Positions 61,492-64,000 of a DNA stretch of 64,000 nucleotides are shown piece by piece. The first letter of the stretch is position 1, and every line of letters starts with the position of its first letter. Both the position numbers and the translations under genes were made by a program. The notes beneath the pieces were generated by a model. That model did not search any database and was not told the DNA's origin. It saw only the letters and a program-made list of their open reading frames with translations. The stretch covers positions 22,723 to 86,722 of the forward strand of contig CAYFOR010000001.1 of the NCBI GenBank assembly GCA_964344785.1, given 5' to 3'. The DNA comes from an uncultured Piscirickettsiaceae bacterium. Its GTDB lineage: Bacteria > Pseudomonadota > Gammaproteobacteria > GCF-002020875.

Positions 61492-61677
61492 ATGCTAAAT
61501 TTAAGTGAAGTGCTGATGGAAAAGCAGCACGAGATGGAGACCTTCGAAGATCTGGAACGCGCAGTCCATGATATGGCGCGCGAAAAAAATGAACGATTCT
61601 TTCGGATCGATGTGCGCCCCCCCTTTACGGACACCCCGGATAACTGGGAAGACCGCCTTGAAGCAGCCTTTTACTGA
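61492..61677 (+). CDS. Small acidic hypothetical protein (61 aa)
   Basis: ORF-track ORF with charged, protein-like composition, divergent from dsrA; weak RBS. Confidence 0.35.
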   Translation: MLNLSEVLMEKQHEMETFEDLERAVHDMAREKNERFFRIDVRPPFTDTPDNWEDRLEAAFY

Positions 61678-62368
61678 GATTGAGGGTAGAGCATTGAACA
61701 GTAACATCCCATCAGACCCGCTTACTAAAGAAGACCAGGAGTCAAAAGAGAGCCGCCTGGCTGACCTGGAGCAGCAATTGAGTGGGCTCCCATCTTCTGA
61801 TGAGCGCGCACAACTTCTACTCGATTACGGAACGCTGCTACTCGATTTTCAACGGAAGGAAGACGCCTGGAGTGCTGCCAAGGAGGCATTTGACCACTTC
61901 AGCACGACAGCTGATTGGGAGCTGGCAGTCACCGCTACCGATATTCTGGTCTCATCCGACCAGAAGGCATCACTGATTGCACTGGCCCATGGTATCTGGC
62001 TTGGTATCACCTACCCGATTAACCCGGAGACCACAGTAGCCATCCTTCAGCACATGGTTGATGAATCACCCGCCGGTTCGGATACAGCCGCTGTGGCAGC
62101 CGTAACGGCCCACTTTATCGCCGATAAACGTGGTGGCGATGACAAGGCCGGTGAGAATATTCGCTTCTTTACCAGTCAGCGTCTTGCAGAGGTTGCCTCG
62201 CAACACCGCAATATCAAAAACCAGGAAGAGTTCGATATCTGGATGATGGGTAATGAGTTCGACAACCCCGACTCTTTTCTACCCAAGCTTTCTGCAGCGG
62301 TCGATGCGCTTGCTGATGGTCACTGGTGGATTGACCGGGATTCACTGCGAGCCGCTCTTCCACAGTAG
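61568..62368 (+). CDS. Hypothetical protein (225-266 aa, start uncertain)
   Basis: The track ORF overlaps the 61-aa ORF in another frame. A better start is TTG at 61694, 7 nt after GAGGG and 16 nt after the small ORF's stop. No motif recognised. Confidence 0.45.
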   Translation: MIWRAKKMNDSFGSMCAPPLRTPRITGKTALKQPFTEIEGRALNSNIPSDPLTKEDQESKESRLADLEQQLSGLPSSDERAQLLLDYGTLLLDFQRKEDAWSAAKEAFDHFSTTADWELAVTATDILVSSDQKASLIALAHGIWLGITYPINPETTVAILQHMVDESPAGSDTAAVAAVTAHFIADKRGGDDKAGENIRFFTSQRLAEVASQHRNIKNQEEFDIWMMGNEFDNPDSFLPKLSAAVDALADGHWWIDRDSLRAALPQ

Positions 62369-62378
62369 GTTGCAGGCC

Positions 62379-63065
62379 ATGAGCTACTGGCAAGAGGAGA
62401 CAAAAGAGCAGACGGTTGTCATCGATGACAGCGTGATCGATCTGAGCTTCCGAATCCAGTGCAAGGCACTGCCGGTAGACCATGGCTGGGCACTCAGTCA
62501 GGTAGTACAGCAGCACATACCCTGGTTTGCAAAAGAACCCCACGCCGCACTCCATCAGATCCTGGTAGCAGAGTCTGGAAATGGCTGGTTCTCTCCTGAG
62601 CAGGGCGACGCCCTACTCTATCCTTCGCGCAGAACCCGCCTCATCCTGCGCCTGCCAAGGCATCGAGTCGAAGAGACAAAAGATAGACTGGATGGAGCCA
62701 CACTACCGATATCGGGCCACCCCTTGCAGTTGAGCCGCCCGGAGACTCAAATGCTGAGCAGACATACCACGCTATATACCCGCTTTGCCCTGTTTGCAAC
62801 CAACGAAAGTGAAGATACCTTCATGGAACGCACCAGAGAAGAGCTCGCGATCAGGGAAATCTATCCCCGAAAGATGGTATGTGGGCGCATGAACCGGATA
62901 CAGGTTGCCGACCGGGAGCGAATCACACACAGCCTGATGCTGGCTGATCTGACCCCGATGGAGTCCCTGAAACTGCAGCAACAGGGGCTTAGTGAGGGCA
63001 AGGATTTTGGCTGCGGGTTGTTTTTACCCCACAAAACCGTGGAAAATCGACTCCAGCAGGAGTAG
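62379..63065 (+). CDS. Hypothetical protein (228 aa)
   Basis: ATG 11 nt after the upstream stop; Arg-rich; C-terminal Gly-rich stretch GLSEGKDFGCGLF; no confident family call. Confidence 0.45.
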   Translation: MSYWQEETKEQTVVIDDSVIDLSFRIQCKALPVDHGWALSQVVQQHIPWFAKEPHAALHQILVAESGNGWFSPEQGDALLYPSRRTRLILRLPRHRVEETKDRLDGATLPISGHPLQLSRPETQMLSRHTTLYTRFALFATNESEDTFMERTREELAIREIYPRKMVCGRMNRIQVADRERITHSLMLADLTPMESLKLQQQGLSEGKDFGCGLFLPHKTVENRLQQE

Positions 63066-63099
63066 AAATTCAAATATCAACAACAAGGAGAACGTAAAG

Positions 63100-63438
63100 A
63101 TGAGCTACGAAGTCAATGGAAAGACCATCGAAACCAATGCCAATGGATATCTTGAGGAAACGGATGACTGGAGCGAAGATGTTGCCCAGGTCATTGCAGC
63201 GGAAGAGGGCGTTGAACTGACAGACAAACATTGGGATCTGATCAACTTTCTGCGTGATGAGTTCCTCAATAACGGAGGCAACCAGCCCAATGACCGCAAC
63301 ATCGTCAAGGCGATGTCGAGCGCTTGGGGAGAGAAGGTCAACTCCAAGGATCTCTATGCCCTGTTCCCCAAGCAGCCATCCAAACAGGCTGGCAAGATTG
63401 GCGGTCTTCCAGAGTCTCGCCGCAAAGGAGGATACTGA
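63100..63438 (+). CDS. DsrC/TusE-family protein lacking both conserved cysteines
   Basis: 112 aa; RBS AAGGAG 9 nt upstream; core conserved with DsrC/TusE (NGYLEETDDWSEDVA..ELTDKHWDLINFLRDEF...KAM...GEK..SK.LY.LFP..P.KQA.KI.GLP), but the C-terminus is ...GGLPESRRKGGY with no Cys. Confidence 0.8.
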   Translation: MSYEVNGKTIETNANGYLEETDDWSEDVAQVIAAEEGVELTDKHWDLINFLRDEFLNNGGNQPNDRNIVKAMSSAWGEKVNSKDLYALFPKQPSKQAGKIGGLPESRRKGGY

Positions 63439-63582
63439 TCTCCAGCAACCCAGATGCCTCCTGCACACTCCCATTATTACGTTAGAAAATGTTTTTTTTA
63501 CACAGGTAAACTCACATTTTCTGCCTTGTTCTGGAAGCACGCAGAAATAATCTGAATCACTGGATACAGTGTTACCAAGAGG

Positions 63583-63605
63583 CCTGGCAACTGCCGGGTC
63601 TTTTT
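63583..63605 (+). terminator. Weak hairpin + T-run (possible terminator of the plus-strand dsrC-like operon)
   Basis: cctggca-ac-tgccggg followed by tcttttt; the stem is imperfect (U-G pair) and the loop short. Confidence 0.25.
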
Positions 63606-63619
63606 CATTGAGAAATCAA

Positions 63620-64000
63620 ATGGCCGCCCCCTCCACCTCAGACCTGATTGAGTCTCTGCGCAACCGTTTTGCTGCCGGTGAGGTGATCCCTGAACTTGAT
63701 CAACTTGAACAGCGGCTGCTCCAGAGTGAACAGCAGACAGAGTTGCAGATCCGGACCAAGACCCGGCACCTGGCACAACAAGCTGCATCACTTCGTATTC
63801 TCTATGATGTAGTTGCCAGCCTTAACAGCTCGGAGAATGTCCGGGAGCTGCTACTGCGCTTTCTCTCCTTTCTGAAGGAGATGGTAGGCGCCGATGCAGC
63901 CACCATCCGTCTTCTGACCCGAGACAACCAGATGCGCCTGCTCTCCAGCATCGGCATGGCCGAACAGCGTGAACAGCAGAAGGGGATGATTCCGGTTCGG
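63620..64000 (+). CDS. Partial N-terminus of a GAF-domain-type sensor/regulator; continues beyond the window end
   Basis: ATG 63620, open through 64000 in frame (127 codons), not in the ORF track (no stop). A coiled-coil-like N-terminus is followed by LRILYDVVASLNSSENVRELLLRFLSFLKEMVGADAATIRLL, which looks GAF-like. Confidence 0.4.
   Translation, partial: MAAPSTSDLIESLRNRFAAGEVIPELDQLEQRLLQSEQQTELQIRTKTRHLAQQAASLRILYDVVASLNSSENVRELLLRFLSFLKEMVGADAATIRLLTRDNQMRLLSSIGMAEQREQQKGMIPVR

Noticed and set aside
61568-61696. Programmed ribosomal frameshift joining the 61-aa and 225-aa ORFs.
   Set aside because: No slippery heptamer, no RF2-type CUU-UGA context, and no downstream pseudoknot seen. A TTG start with good RBS spacing explains the arrangement as two genes. 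A homopolymer sequencing error remains possible but cannot be tested here.
62379-63065. Possible Cas6-like endoribonuclease, suggested by the C-terminal Gly-rich loop GLSEGKDFGCGLF.
   Set aside because: No CRISPR repeats or other cas genes anywhere in the window. The similarity is limited to a short Gly-rich stretch, so this is not a supportable call.
63470-63500. T8 run (gttttttttac) after the dsrC-like gene, considered as a terminator.
   Set aside because: No preceding GC-rich hairpin. Only the weaker hairpin + T-run at 63583-63605 was retained, at low confidence.

Overview
This window looks like part of a gammaproteobacterial sulfur-oxidiser chromosome (~55-58 % GC). Almost every coding sequence could be assigned by hand from the six-frame ORF track.

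(1) Positions 1-38313, minus strand: one ~38 kb glycan / nonulosonic-acid locus transcribed toward position 1. An exact ops element (GGCGGTAGCGTG, the RfaH recruitment site) sits about 25 nt upstream of the first gene. The locus encodes:
- a complete pseudaminic-acid-type pathway (PseB, PseC, GNAT/PseH-like, PseG, NeuB/PseI-like synthase, SpsF/PseF-like cytidylyltransferase);
- a WbpA/B/D/E-type UDP-2,3-diacetamido-uronic-acid pathway plus ManC;
- a second NeuB synthase with a KdsC-type phosphatase and a NeuA-type CMP-transferase;
- a third NeuB homologue fused to a C-terminal cupin;
- a full-length transketolase, an aldehyde dehydrogenase and an SDR;
- two ATP-grasp enzymes, three SAM methyltransferases, a HemL-like aminotransferase, and an MsbA-type fused ABC exporter;
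- three large unclassified proteins; the most distal one runs off the window edge and is absent from the ORF track.

(2) Positions 38504-47693: a housekeeping segment with conserved E. coli-like uvrC-pgsA synteny. It contains tRNA-Ser(GGA), pgsA, an orphan cysC, uvrC, an FKBP-type PPIase, prfC, a strongly expressed-looking Gly/Asp/Lys-rich secreted small protein, tRNA-Ser(UGA), a metallophosphoesterase and a YccA/BI-1 homologue.

(3) Positions 47690-61015, minus strand: a complete oxidative-type dissimilatory sulfite reductase operon, dsrABEFHCMKLJOPNRS, in the same gene order as Allochromatium vinosum. There is a GC-rich hairpin between dsrC and dsrM and a 476-nt divergent leader carrying direct repeats.

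(4) Positions 61492-64000, plus strand, divergent from dsrA: three unknown proteins followed by a cysteine-less DsrC/TusE homologue, then a partial GAF-type sensor at the window edge.

No mobile elements, CRISPR arrays or rRNA were seen. All functional calls rest on motif and architecture recognition by eye, not on database searches.
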